This document shows positions 11,339 to 23,545 of a DNA stretch of 61,681 nt, piece by piece (the first letter of the stretch is position 1; the number at the start of each line of letters is the position of its first letter). The position numbers and the translations under genes are program-made. The stretch is from Basidiobolus meristosporus CBS 931.73. Taxonomy: Eukaryota > Fungi > Basidiobolomycota. Where the stretch lies: the NCBI GenBank assembly GCA_002104905.1, contig MCFE01000531.1:1-61681 (forward strand). The letters are read 5' to 3'. The notes beneath the pieces are model-generated. The model was not told the DNA's origin. It saw nothing but the letters and a program-made list of their open reading frames with translations, and ran no database searches.

Positions 11339-12273
11339 CTATGTGAACCTTTCGCCTACAAGGTTTTCACTCAACTCCCACAACTTCTTTGCATTTTCAT
11401 CATCCAAAGCATATGGTCGTGCTGCCTCGTTATCAATGTGAGCATCCTGTAGGTAAGACCCGGACTGCTCTTGAATAGCTGGGTCGAAAGCAGCAACTAT
11501 ATGGGTAGAAGTACCCTGCGGGATGGTTTTCCGAGTCATCAGCTTTGCCGATGCTGCGGTAAACACCGGTGTACCATCAGCACCCAAAGTATCTCCGTGT
11601 ATTTCTTCTTCCATGTTTAAGTGGTTGGCCAGATTGGTTTCAATTACTCCCGGATGAAGGCTGAACGCCGCTACTCCCTGGCCTTTGTAGCGAGTACTTA
11701 ACTCTTTAGCAAATAGAATGTTGGCAGTCTTAGATTGGCCATATGCCTGCCATTTGTTATAGACATCTCCATTGGAGAATCCTGGATCAGTGAAGCGTAT
11801 TGGGGAGATCCGGTGGCCGCCACTTGACACGTTGACAATATAAGGTTGGTGAATAGGAATGGCCCCAAGTGGTTGGTTCCGAACTGAGCTTCAAAGCCGT
11901 CTTCGGTTTTCGCGTATGAGGAAGCCATAATTGCTGCGTTATTGATCAACACATCAATAGGCTCTGTATAGCCATTTACTTCCTTAGCCGCCTGACGTAC
12001 CGAAGCCAAGGAGGCCAAATCAACAATCAATGGCCGTAGATTGGCCTCTGGTACCTCCTTCTTGATATTGCTAATAGTCTCCTCAAGCGCTTCCTTTCTC
12101 CTACCAGCCACTATCACTAGTGCAGCACCGTGCTTTGCAATGACTCGGGCTGCCTCAGCCCCAAGGCCTCCCCAGGTGGCTCCGGTGATAAGAACAGTTT
12201 TCCCTTGAATGCTTTTGGAGAGGACTGCTGCAACCTCCTCTGCGGTCGTTTCTTTTCCGAATTGGTGAGCCAT
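11339..12273 (-). pseudogene. Short-chain dehydrogenase/reductase (RDH/WWOX-like) with frameshifting internal deletion
   Basis: N-half has TGATWGGLG, VDLASLASV, LINNAA and QFGTNHLGPF. C-half has IVNVSSGGH and YGQSK (YxxxK) in another frame. The two halves join at ~11836-11839 with no intervening sequence. Confidence 0.85.
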
Positions 12274-12497
12274 TTTGTATGGGACAACCTGCGTAGGCTG
12301 AATATTTATATGAATGACAAGACAGCCTGCGTAGGTCGATTATTTATATGAACGGCAAGTTAACGATCACGACATGAATAGTGTCAGTTATTTGGTCGAT
12401 TCTATGGGATTTGATTTATTCCTCTCCGCTGGGTTTGATCACAAAAATATCTGAAGCATGGCTTGCGGGGGCTTATCCTACCATCTGTGGTGTCTCG

Positions 12498-12533
12498 GGT
12501 GAATTACGCGGTGAATTACGCGGTGAATTGCGC
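12498..12533 (+). repeat. 12-bp tandem repeat x3
   Basis: GGTGAATTACGC x2 plus GGTGAATTGCGC. Confidence 0.9.
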
Positions 12534-12775
12534 ATCAATACTCACGTCAGCCGAAACAATTAGATTAAGTCTTCATAGCAGTCAATGAGTGAGAAAGAAT
12601 GCGAGATTGTAAGTGAGTGCTTAATATCTTATTGGCCCTATCTGTGGGAACGTGTTTTCATTGGTCATCGAGCTACAAAATCACCTCATTTGTTATACTT
12701 TCTATTCATCATCCAGACACTGAGAGATGTAACTCTGCTGGTCAACGTATTTCAGCCATTAAATCTTTCCTACAA

Positions 12776-12854
12776 GTGGGCAATAGTGGTATGTTGTGTT
12801 TAATTGTGGGCAATAGCGTATGTTGCGTTTAATTGTGGGCAATAGCGTATGTTG
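12776..12854 (+). repeat. 29-30-bp tandem repeat x2.7
   Basis: Units of GTGGGCAATAGCGTATGTTGCGTTTAATT. Confidence 0.9.
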
Positions 12855-13182
12855 GACAAAAGCAGAATTTGCTGGATGATAGGCATGGGGGCATATAAAT
12901 AAGCATCGATAGTGCATTGAGAGCTACTGTGGAATAATATACGCTGTTTAGTCATCTGAGTGTAAATTAGAATAATGAAGTGCCCATACCTGATTAATTC
13001 TGTACCTTGCTTTCCGAAACTATTCACTGCAATGAAAATCACTTGTTCTAAATCTACCTACCAATCTATGGCTTAGTCAACAGGGTGCAAAGTCGGCAAT
13101 GGGTTGTGGCAATACTCCAAGTTATAATGGCAATAGGCCAAAGCTATGTTATCCGACGGTTGTTTGCGGATATTTTTGACTG

Positions 13183-15433
13183 ATGCGGGTAATCATGGAT
13201 TCCATCAAATGCGGGAAGCCACGACACCATCTGGTAATCCATCACTGGCGAAGAACAGTCATTGAGTCACCCATGTTGGACGGTTATAACGGGAAACATC
13301 GACGACCATCCCACGTAACTACTGTCATGAGCACGCCCATCTGCAAGGTACCTCCCCGCTATGAAGTGGATCCCACTGAATGGTTACTCACCCCACCTGC
13401 TGGTAGAGAAAGCCCCCGATCGAGGCGCCCAAGGTATGGACAGAGACGATTCAAGAGCTCTGCGAGGGAACCGAATACTTTCGAGCATATCAGTCCGCAG
13501 TGTATACAAGGGACAATGTGGCCATCAGCATACTACTTAACGGGTATCCGGCCCAGAGAGATGTGTTCCACCGAGGGGTGTTTGTCAGTCACGGGTAGGA
13601 TGGCTTGGATCTGATCAACGCTGCGAGTACTAACCCGACCTTAAGGGGTGGCCGCAGTTGTGAAGTGGTGGATGGACGCGGGGGTCGACGCTTCCGGCTA
13701 GCCTCGTCGCAGCGACGCTCAGACCCTGGGGTTCGAAGCTTGTTCAACGCGATGTGGCGCAAGTCACCATTGATCGCCATCCTTGGTGACAAATACCAGT
13801 TGACAGACTTTGAGATTCCACACCCTTACTGTGTGTTGGGCTGGTTCAGCATCACGCACGCATGGGTCAGTGACGAGGCACCAGGTCGTCGATGGAATAC
13901 TAACCTCCTTCATTTCCAGGCTGAACTCGAAGACATAGAGGATGGGTCAGAGTATGTCCGGTACAAATTTCGTTTCGAGCGGCTGAAGAATCAAGATCCA
14001 CCCTGGTGGTACAATGAACCCAGCGCTGCTCTGAGCACCACGCTGCCTCCAATTGTTCAAAGATACAATTGTTATTTCTGTGGCTCGGACTATCCGAAAG
14101 TGTTTGCCGAGTGTATGCTGTGCCTTAACGAAGTCTGCCCCACCTTCTGGAAGGCTGGTGTCTGCATAAAAGTTGGCTGGATTTCCTTCGCTTCTTAACC
14201 GATTTTCTTTCGACAGATCGGTGCCATTACGCCCGATAATAAGCTGATCTTCACCAAACCAGAATTTGAACTTCACTATGATGCAGCATTCATCTCTACT
14301 TCATTTTTAGAAGAGACCGAGGCCACTTCACCTCTTCCTGCCCCCTCACTCATCGCTACGGATGGCCATGACAACGTGAATTGCCGGGCATGTTACTGCC
14401 GCCAATGCGGTAGAATCTCCTGCCGCGAGGAGCTCTGCCGATGGCGATGTCCCGCTTGTGGGGTAATCTAATATGCACACCGTTGAACCACCATTGAATG
14501 GCACTCACACTCCCTCCTCTCCAAAGAACTCCTGTACGTTCTGTACCCAGCTGCTCAAGCCAGTGGTGATACCTACTTCCCAAACGCTGGCCAAGGACAG
14601 GCTAGCGATGTATTACAAGCAGGAGGCCGGTATCACCCTAACCACTAGAACTACACCCAATGGTGCCACTGAAATGATCTATCACCTTCCTAGAACTGGC
14701 CGTATCACTCATCGAGTAGCTTCTCCTCAGATGCTCGATGAGGCCTCCGCATTGTTGGATTCGTACCTGAGAGATGACGAGACACAACCACCGTTTCGCA
14801 GGTGCCGTCTAAGTCGATCCCCACGTAAGTGGAAACCATCCCCTCACGAACATGAGAAACCCCCTTCGCTAACCAGCCCAGCAAGTGGGCAACATCCCAT
14901 TCCTCTCGAACCAGTTTCAGTTCAACGTGGGGGAGCCCTACAAGTTTGTCACCAGCGTGGACACGATCCCATTCTCTGAAGCACCTCTGTCGGCAACCCA
15001 GGCGATGGACATCCTGAAGCGAGAGACTGGCTTCGAGAAATTCAACGAGCTACTGAGCATCGCCTACCTGCACGGACAGAAGATCGGCTGGCACGACGAT
15101 GGGGAAAAAGAGGTGGGCAACACCATTGCCACTTTGAGCCTGGGGAGTCCAGCCACCATGTACTTTCGCAGGCATCAAGCCAAGTCTAAAAGATGCGATT
15201 CTGGGGAGTTGTGCGGCAGAGGCGAGAAGCGGGAATTGTTACATTTCACCCTGTGCCATGGGGACATATTGATCATGAACGGCAGACGTATACAAGCGTG
15301 CTGTGAGCACCAGGTGGTCCCCCAGGGGTTCCGTATAGGTAAGGGGGCTCTGCAATGGTTGGTCTGATGATTGCTAATCTAAAAGACATCCGCGCCCACA
15401 GCAATAACCGCACGATGTATGATGAACGACTGA
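13183..15433 (+). CDS. Spliced SRA/SAD-like + Cys-cluster + AlkB-type 2OG-Fe(II) dioxygenase (start uncertain)
   Basis: Introns 13348-13406, 13595-13645 and 15339-15401, plus about three more (~14170-14216, ~14463-14526, ~14825-14885), join VWTETIQELCEGTEYFRAYQ..VSHGGG..PLIAILG..YCVLGWF..KFRFERL, then CxxC clusters, then GWHDD (HxD)..EHQV..RIAITAR (Rx5R). Confidence 0.85.
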
Positions 15434-15539
15434 GTCACAAGAACTAGCGTATTTGACCCAAACATAAGGTGACACACTACTTTATTTCAAATAAACTGGC
15501 AATGTCAACACTAGAGACAGATTGATCGACTAGCATTAA

Positions 15540-15785
15540 TCAGGGATTGACACTGGTGGTAGCGACGACCACATTGGTGCTTGTGACGACCGAGGGAGGG
15601 AGTGTGGTCAGGGTCGTAGTAAGAGAGTACGAGGTGACCGGAGTGTACACGGTAGTGGAAACTGCGGTGATCGTGTTGGTGTTGGGGCCCGTGGGGAGCA
15701 CACCAACTGTGATGCTGCTTTGGCCGTTGACTGGGCTCCAGAGAAGAAGGCTGACGACGGCAGTGCAAATAGTAAAGTGGAGCAT
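15540..15785 (-). CDS. Small secreted Thr/Val-rich peptide, 81 aa
   Basis: Signal peptide MLHFTICTAVVSLLLWSPVNG, Thr-rich tail, TATAAG on the minus strand at ~15842-15847. Confidence 0.6.
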   Translation of the reverse strand: MLHFTICTAVVSLLLWSPVNGQSSITVGVLPTGPNTNTITAVSTTVYTPVTSYSLTTTLTTLPPSVVTSTNVVVATTSVNP

Positions 15786-16228
15786 GTTGGCTGAAGAGAG
15801 AGGGCAGGAATCTGGGTTGGAAGTGGAGACCCGCCCCGGTACTTATACTCCTCCGACCAGCGCGAAAACCATAACAATTCATATGTAATATTGATGTCGC
15901 CAAGTGGAAACTCAAATCACTGAACAAGCGTGTGTAGCGTCAGCACCCTCTGGTCGCAATGATTGAAGCCCCATGCGCATATTGGACGCCTTGAGATATT
16001 ACTTCAAGACCAAACGTCCCACTATGCCAGCAACCTCGGCGATAATGGCGGATTTAATCTGGGATAGCATCAATCAGCTGCCAGTCTCCCAAATGAAAAG
16101 CCCTCCAATCAGTCGTCTTGGAGCCGAGAGAAATTTTCAGGCCAATCAGGGGCCAGAGGATCGGGAATAAAGTAACTTAGGTGGGGGAGGGCCTCTTTCT
16201 TTTACTGTCACCTAGCAGGTTAAACAAA

Positions 16229-16941
16229 ATGAGGTTTGTATCGCGCGTCCGTGACCATCCATCCACCGAACTCGAGCACTAACAGCCTTCTGCAGCAAAA
16301 TATCTGTCGCTGCCGTGAGAGAGTCCGTCCGTGTTGTTTTGGCTGAATCCCAAGAGAAGGCCCGCAAGTTCACCGAGACCATCGAACTCCAGATTGGTCT
16401 TAAGAACTACGATCCCCAACGTGACAAACGTTTCTCTGGAACCATCAAGCTCCCCAACGTTCCTCGCCCCAAGATGTCCGTCTGCGTCCTTGGTGATGCC
16501 CATCACTGCGACCAGGCCAAGGAGCAAGGTTTGGAGTCCATGTCTGTTGAGGACCTCAAGAAGTTGAACAAGAACAAGAAGCTCATCAAGAAGCTGGCCA
16601 AGAAGTACGATGCCTTCCTTGCCTCCGAAGCCTTGATCAAGCAGATCCCTCGTCTTTTGGGACCTGGTCTCCACAAGGCCGGTAAATTCCCCACCCCCGT
16701 GTCCCACAACGACAACTTGACTGACAAGGCTGACGAGCTCCGCTCCACCATCAAGTTCCAGCTCAAGAAGGTTCTCTGCCTCGGTGTTGCCGTTGGTCAC
16801 GTTCAAATGACTGAGGACCAGGTTTTGGGTAACATCATGTTGTCCATCAACTTCTTGGTCTCCCTCTTGAAGAAGAACTGGCAAAACGTCAAGTCCCTCT
16901 ACATCAAGAGCTCCATGGGCAAACCCCAACGTCTCTTCTAA
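16229..16941 (+). CDS. RPL10A: 60S ribosomal protein uL1 (L10a/L1)
   Basis: ATGAG, intron 16234-16295, then CAAA gives [48 protein letters not shown]. Confidence 0.98.
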
Positions 16942-17330
16942 AGAGCTCACCGTATGAACAACTCTCATTTCAAGGTTTTTAGCCTGGATCCTGAAAACCT
17001 CACGGCGTACCAAGGTTAATGTTAATGTTATCACTAATCATTGGGAGAATCCAAATGAAATATTTGCTCAATAAATATTATCGATCATTCAAATCTATCC
17101 ATTTCCACATTTGCGTTGTTTTCGCTTGCCTTCCCTTGTTTTCCACGAGAACTGTTGGCCAGCGATGAATTTGCCGAGATCGATCGATTAGTTGACTTTT
17201 TCATCACCGCTCCTCGGATGATGCATATATACTTATTGACCGATTTAGCCACATGCATATTTCATTTTCCTTTCCCCAGCCGATAGAGCACCGTGCACTA
17301 TCCCCTTCTTACTTCGGTCTGTTGTGAAAG

Positions 17331-18269
17331 ATGAGACTCCTGATCCTCGAAGATTTCGACAAAGTTAGTTACTACGTTGGTACGTGAGAGCCTTACCGAT
17401 CGCAGCCCCGGGCCAACTTACTCATCTCCCTTTTGCCTCCCATAGCCGACTACATAAAGAAGCGTATACTCCAATTCAACCCCACGCCGAATCGCCCCTT
17501 CGTCTTGGGACTCCCGTGCGGCACCAGTCCTATAGGCGTCTATCGTTACCTGATTGAATTCTGTCGGACCGGGCAGCTGTCCTTCAAAAATGTGATCACC
17601 TTCAACATGGATGAATATGTCGGCCTACCGGCTGATCACCCCGAGAGTTATCACACGTTCATGTGGATGCACCTGTTTCGCCACATTGACATCCCCAAAG
17701 AGAACGTCAATCTTCTGGACGGAAATGCCAGCAATCTGGATGAGGAATGTCAGCGATACGAGGATAAGATTCGGTCGGTGGGTGGTATCGAGTTGTTCAT
17801 GGGCGGTATCGGTCCAGACGGTCACATCGGATTCAACGAGCCCGGCTCCTCTCTACACTCGCGCACTCGGCCGAAAACCCTGCCGTACGACACCATCCTG
17901 GCCAATGCGCGATTCTTCGACGGAGACCTCGTCAAAGTCCCCAAGCTTGCCCTCACGGTGGGCGTGGCGACGTTCATGACTGCCAGAGAGGTTTGTCTTA
18001 TCATCACGGGGCAGCATAATGCCTTGGCGCTAGCCAAATGTATCGAGGATTGCGTAAATCACGATTGGACTGTCTCCTGCATCCAGTTGCACCCATCGGC
18101 ACTGGTTGTTTGTGATGAGGATGCCACACAGGAGCTGCATGTCAAGACGGTGAAGTATTTCAACAGCATTCAGCAAGTCCAACAGCAAATCATCGGACCA
18201 GAGAACATGGACCTGAAAGGGTCTGTCAAGAATTTCAATCCAAATTGGCTAAATCGCGTTCGGTATTGA
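17331..18269 (+). CDS. NAG1: Glucosamine-6-phosphate deaminase
   Basis: Intron 17380-17445. Motifs [42 protein letters not shown]. Confidence 0.96.
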
Positions 18270-18518
18270 GCATCCTTTCCTCTTCCTTTCCCTTTCCCTT
18301 TGCCTCTTCCTTCCCCTTCCACCAGTTGTAGTTACCGTGGTCAGCGAATTAACCCTGAAATAAACAGCATGACTTTTGTCGTTTCCCCTAAGAAACATTC
18401 GTTGTGTGGAGAATTCCCCGAGGTCAAATATCCGGCGTATTCGAGACAGTCTGATCGGGATTGGTTTCCCATTTAGGACTCTGCCGCATCTTGGTCCCTC
18501 CCTCTTTTCCCTCTTTTC

Positions 18519-19519
18519 ATGAGAAGCCACTTTGCTAAGTTGTTCTTCGCTGCGTTACTATTGAAGCAAGCTTCGGTGGTGGCCAGTGACAACGGTAACC
18601 CTTCAGAATGACATGTTGGTCGAGCTTATACTGATCAGCCTTGTTCTAGTGGAAAAATGCCTCAACAATTGCCTGGGACAAATCCAGGGTCCTCCGTTGA
18701 TGCTGTGTGGCGCCAAGTGCGTTGGTGTACCAAACCCCTCACCTGAAGATGGTAAGTGGGCCAAACCTCCTCTCGGGAACCAATACTAAGCCATCCCAAG
18801 TTAAGAGCGCGACCGTGTGTAGCAAAAAATGCGGAAATGGCATTCACTGTCATGTCAGGTGCTTCCGAGAATACTTCCAAAAAGGTATCTCCGACAGCGA
18901 GTTTCCCATGGAAGGAAAAGATCGCCCCAATAAGCATGGGAAAAAAGCGGGTCACGAAAAATCAATCCATGACAGTCCTTCTAATCACACCTCCATCCCT
19001 TCTAATCGCACCTCCACCCCGGACACTCCTTTGAATCGAACCTCCGCCCTCGACATTCCTTTGAATCGCAACTCCACCCTTGACACTCCTTTGAATCGCA
19101 ACTCCACCCTTGACACTCCTTTGAATCGCAACTCCACCCTTGACACTCCTTCGAATCACACCTCCACCCTCGATATTCCTTCTAAAAACAACTCCACTCA
19201 CGACAAGCCTGCTAAAAGCAAAAAAACCCACCAGGTACCCAAACAAGCGAAAACCAATGCTCCCGTCGATGTTCTAAAAAGCTCCTCCACCATTCACTCA
19301 ACCTCTTCCCCGACCAAACCAGCCGGAACCACCGGCTTATCTCCACTACCAACACTTAACTCCTCTATACTATCGTCGGGGCCTCTTCCAAATAAACCTT
19401 CTACGGCTTCTCCGAAACCAACCGACCCTGCGGCGCCAACCGCAAACCAAGGGCACCCCGGCGCTAGAGCTTCACTATTAACCCTCGTCATCTCATGGAT
19501 CGTTAGTGCTGCCATGTGA
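18519..19519 (+). CDS. Secreted, probably GPI-anchored cell-surface protein: 8-Cys N-domain plus 10-aa repeat stalk
   Basis: Introns 18595-18649 and 18752-18800 give signal peptide MRSHFAKLFFAALLLKQASVVA, then CLNNC..CGAKC.GVPNP..CSKKC..CHVRCF, then a Ser/Thr/Pro-rich stalk and hydrophobic C-terminus LLTLVISWIVSAAM. Confidence 0.8.
18998..19207 (+). repeat. Coding 30-bp tandem repeat (~7 units, NRNSTLDTPL)
   Basis: CCTTTGAATCGCAACTCCACCCTTGACACT and variants. Confidence 0.95.
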
Positions 19520-19741
19520 GTTGTCCTAGCCGACAGACATCCTTCTCTCTTTAACCCTGCTTCAATAAAAATCGTAAACAGTACCATCGAGGTGTCTGGG
19601 CATTCAACGCCTGTAGCTAAAGCTGATGCATAGACCGTTGGCAGAGAGACTCGAGGAGTGGTGTTTATGCATAAAGTTCATTTATTTATTAATACAATGG
19701 AAGCACTTGAAGGGGTCGGAGGGTTTGAGTCAATGGATTAT

Positions 19742-22700
19742 CTAACAATCCTCTAATATTAACTTTGGCAAAATATTCATGCTTTGTAATTCTTGGAACA
19801 GCAATTTGGCCGCGTAGGGGATGGTCATCTTGACCATCCGTTTGCTGGACTTGCAATACTGGCACCAACCGCTGTACCCCAAAAGACCGCACTCCTCACA
19901 GACATGAACCTCAAACGCGTCCGAGGAGATCATCAGACGCTCCAGAAGCAGCATACTGGCTCCGTAGCCGATAAGACAATCACGTTCCATCTCACCGAGA
20001 CGAAGACCACCGTCGCGGGAACGACCTTCGGTCGGTTGTCGGGTCAGCACGGCGCGAGGGCCGCGAGCACGAGCGTGCATCTTGTCCATCACCATGTGCT
20101 TCAACTTCTGGTAGTAAACCGGGCCAAAGAAGATGTAGGCAGACAGCGGCTCTCCGGTGATACCGGAGGTGACGTAGTCCTTACCAGAGTAGCTGAACCC
20201 GTTCTCGATAAGGATCTGGCTCATGTCCTCGACCTTACTGCCGCCGAAGGCGGTTCCGTACTGGAATTCCCCTTTGAGGACGCCAGCCTTACCCGCAAGG
20301 AGTTCAATCATCTTACCTACAGTCATTCGAGACGGGAAACCGTGAGGGTTCATGATGATATCGGGGCATATTCCCTGGTCCGTGAATGGCATGTCCTCTT
20401 GGTTGACGATGATGCCGCAAACACCCTTCTGTCCGTGGCGAGAACTGAACTTGTCGCCAAGTTCCGGTCGGCGGGTCTGTCGGATAAGAACCTTGATAAG
20501 GGTTTGGTCGTTTTCGCTCGTGGTCAGGAGCACCTTGTCGATGTATCCAGGTGCTGGGGACTTGTAGGTCATGGGAGTTGCCTTGAATCCACCGTCGTTG
20601 GCCCCGACGTTGGTGCCAACGCCAACGTCCATGCTGGTGTTCACTGGGGATTGCTTGTTGATGTACACCTGGCCTGGGTTCACTCGCTCGCCAACACCAC
20701 AGATACCGTCCGCTTCAAGGATGTCGAACTTCTCGGGAACATATCCCTCGGCATCAACAGGCGGATCAGCCAGACGATCGTATGTGCCGTTGGCATATTT
20801 GCGAACCATGGTGGCATATTTGCGCATGACTTGGCATCTTCCGAAACCACGGTCCAACGAAGCTTTGTTCAAGACCAAAGCATCCTCGATATCGTATCCG
20901 GAATAAGACATGACTGCGACGGTGGCGTTCTGGCCAGCTGGTAGCTTGTCGTAGCCAATCAGCTCAATGGTCTTCGTCTTGACCAGCGGCTGTTGAGGAT
21001 AGACCATGAGATAGAGCAGAGTGTCAATTCTATTCAACTGGTTATAACCTATCACCCCGATTGCCTGTTTACCCATAGCACATTGGTAGGTGTTACGGGG
21101 ACTCTGGTTGTGATGCGGGTATGGAATCAACCCAGCGACGGCACCCAGGATGGTGAACGGCTCGATCTCCACATGGGTGGTCTCGGGAATGGTCTCGTTC
21201 TCGTAGAGCGCGATGTTGGAGTCGTTCTCTTCATTGACATCCAGGTACTCCACAAGACCCATGCGAAGGAAATCATCGAAGGCCAGCTTCCCGGCAACGA
21301 GGTCTTGGATATGGTGATCCTTAACACGGCTCTTCTGGTTCTCGACAATAATCAATGGTCGGCAGATTCGTCCACCATCGGAGGCGATGTTGACGGTTTG
21401 CTGATGCTTGTTGATGTAAATACTAACAAACTCGGAAACACGGCCGGCACGGCGAAGTCGTCTGAAATCCCCGACAAACTTGCTGGGCTGACGGGTAACT
21501 CCGAGGATGGCACCGTTGAGGAACACGAGGTAGGTGTTGGACGAATATAGCTCGGCACCAGAGAGAAGGTTGACATCCTCCACCCCCAGGATATACGCAA
21601 GGCGAGCAATTGGCTCATCCTCGTCGTCCGTCGTAATATGGGTCATGAGGGCCAGATTCTTAACCAGACCGCAAGCCTCACCTTCCGGGGTGTCCGATGG
21701 GCAAAGCATACCCCACTGAGAGGGCTGCAAGGATCTAGGACCACTGACCTTTCTGGTTTTCTCGAACTGTGAGGTGATTCTGGTCATCATTCCGAGGGCG
21801 CTGATGTAGCTGAGACGACTGAGCACTTGGGTGATACCAGCTCTTTCCATCTTGAATCTCTTCAAGGTCCAGTTACCGGTGGAGATTGCTCGGACGAAGC
21901 CGGAGGTGATGTGATCGCCATGGCACAGGAGCTGATTGTAAACATCAAACTCCTGGGTACGGTTAGGCTTCTTCAGGACCTTGTCGATGTTGAGCTTGAG
22001 GTCGTGGTTGAACTTCTTGAACAGATCCTCGAAAAGAAGCGAAAGCAGCTGACCAGCCAATTCCAATCTTTTGTTACCAACGTAATCACGGTCGTCGATG
22101 AGTCTTTCGTTATTCATGGCCATGATCGTACGACGAATCATTGCGGCTATGTAGATGCACTTGGGTCGGAAATTGAGGCCATCCACAGAGATGTGTGCTA
22201 GAATGACGGACGACAAGATCTCGAGAGCTTCCTCAGACTAAGCAAGGAGAGGATGAAGTGGATTAGTCAACATGTCGCATGTTGCCATGGTTAGGAAACG
22301 CACCATAGGCCTACGGATGCTTGCGATCTTTCTGGTGACTTTAACTTTGCTACCGATGTAGTCCAGTGCCTGTTGTTGAGTGAAGATTTTGAGTCTAGCG
22401 CACTCCTCCAAACTAGGTGCGAATGCATCCAGGAAAGCTGGATCGCTTCCTCCAACAAGCTGTGCAATCTCCTTGTCTGCTTGAAGTCCCATGGCCTAGA
22501 GGCAGCTACGTAAGTCAAGGATACAGGCATCTGAGCATAACACGGCTCTACTGACCTTCATAGCAATGACCACAGGAAGATCCTCGTTGATAGAGTTGTG
22601 GCGCAAGTAAAGTTTACCGTTCTTAACGGTAACATAGGTCTTACTCTTTCTCTCGTGAGTGGAACTAGGAGACAATCATGAGTCTCCACCATCAACATAC

Positions 22701-23545
22701 AACCTGTAGTTTCGCATTAATTACCTGGTAACCGAAGCAACCACCATTCCTTTGCGGTCTACATCGACAATGATACGATTTTTGGACAACTGCTCTTGGA
22801 CAAGAATCACCTTTTCCGTGCCCTTGACGATAAAGTAACCTCCAGGATCCAATGGACACTCACTCATCTTGGCAAGCTCTGGTTCATCTTTGCCGCTCAG
22901 AACGCAATGGGAACTACGAAGCATGATGGGCATTCTTCCGATAGGAACGCCGCGACGACGCACAAGCTGTCTACCACGAACATATTCAACATCAACGTAA
23001 ATGTTGGCAGAGTATGTAAGATCTCTAAGACGACATTCGTGAGGAGTGTACTCCAGATTGACCGCGTGAGGATCGGAACGCTCAGGCTTTCCAACTCGTA
23101 TCTGAGTGTATCTAGTGAACTCGATAAGGCACAACTCAACAAAAGTAAAGGAGTGGCAGAGTCACTTACTTTAGGTAGAAGTTCGGATCAACATCCGAAG
23201 TCACCTTCTCGTTGGCCTTGAGAATCTTGTTCAAATCAACATTGACGAAGTAGTTGAACGAATCAATATGTTGTTTGACAAGACCCTTGACTTTTAAGAA
23301 GGCAGGCAGGAGTTGCCATTTGTCCTATTGGGGGGGAAGGATCATTCAGCATATTGCGTCGTGAGTCAAGTGATGGATCTAAGAGAGCATACCTCGACAG
23401 TTGGAATCGGGTCGCCAGCCTTTTTGCCGTTGTAACGCTTCTCATCTTGAAGAATGTCAACCACGTTTTCCAAGCTCTGTTCCGGAGCAGGCTCCTTCTT
23501 TACTTTGGCTTTACCGTTCTCTTTTCTGATTTTCCCCCTAGTCAT
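19742..23545 (-). CDS. RPC2: RNA polymerase III second-largest subunit (multi-exon)
   Basis: [28 protein letters not shown] and C-terminal CxxC..CxxC. Pol III-type signatures [12 protein letters not shown] and [20 protein letters not shown]. Confidence 0.95.
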
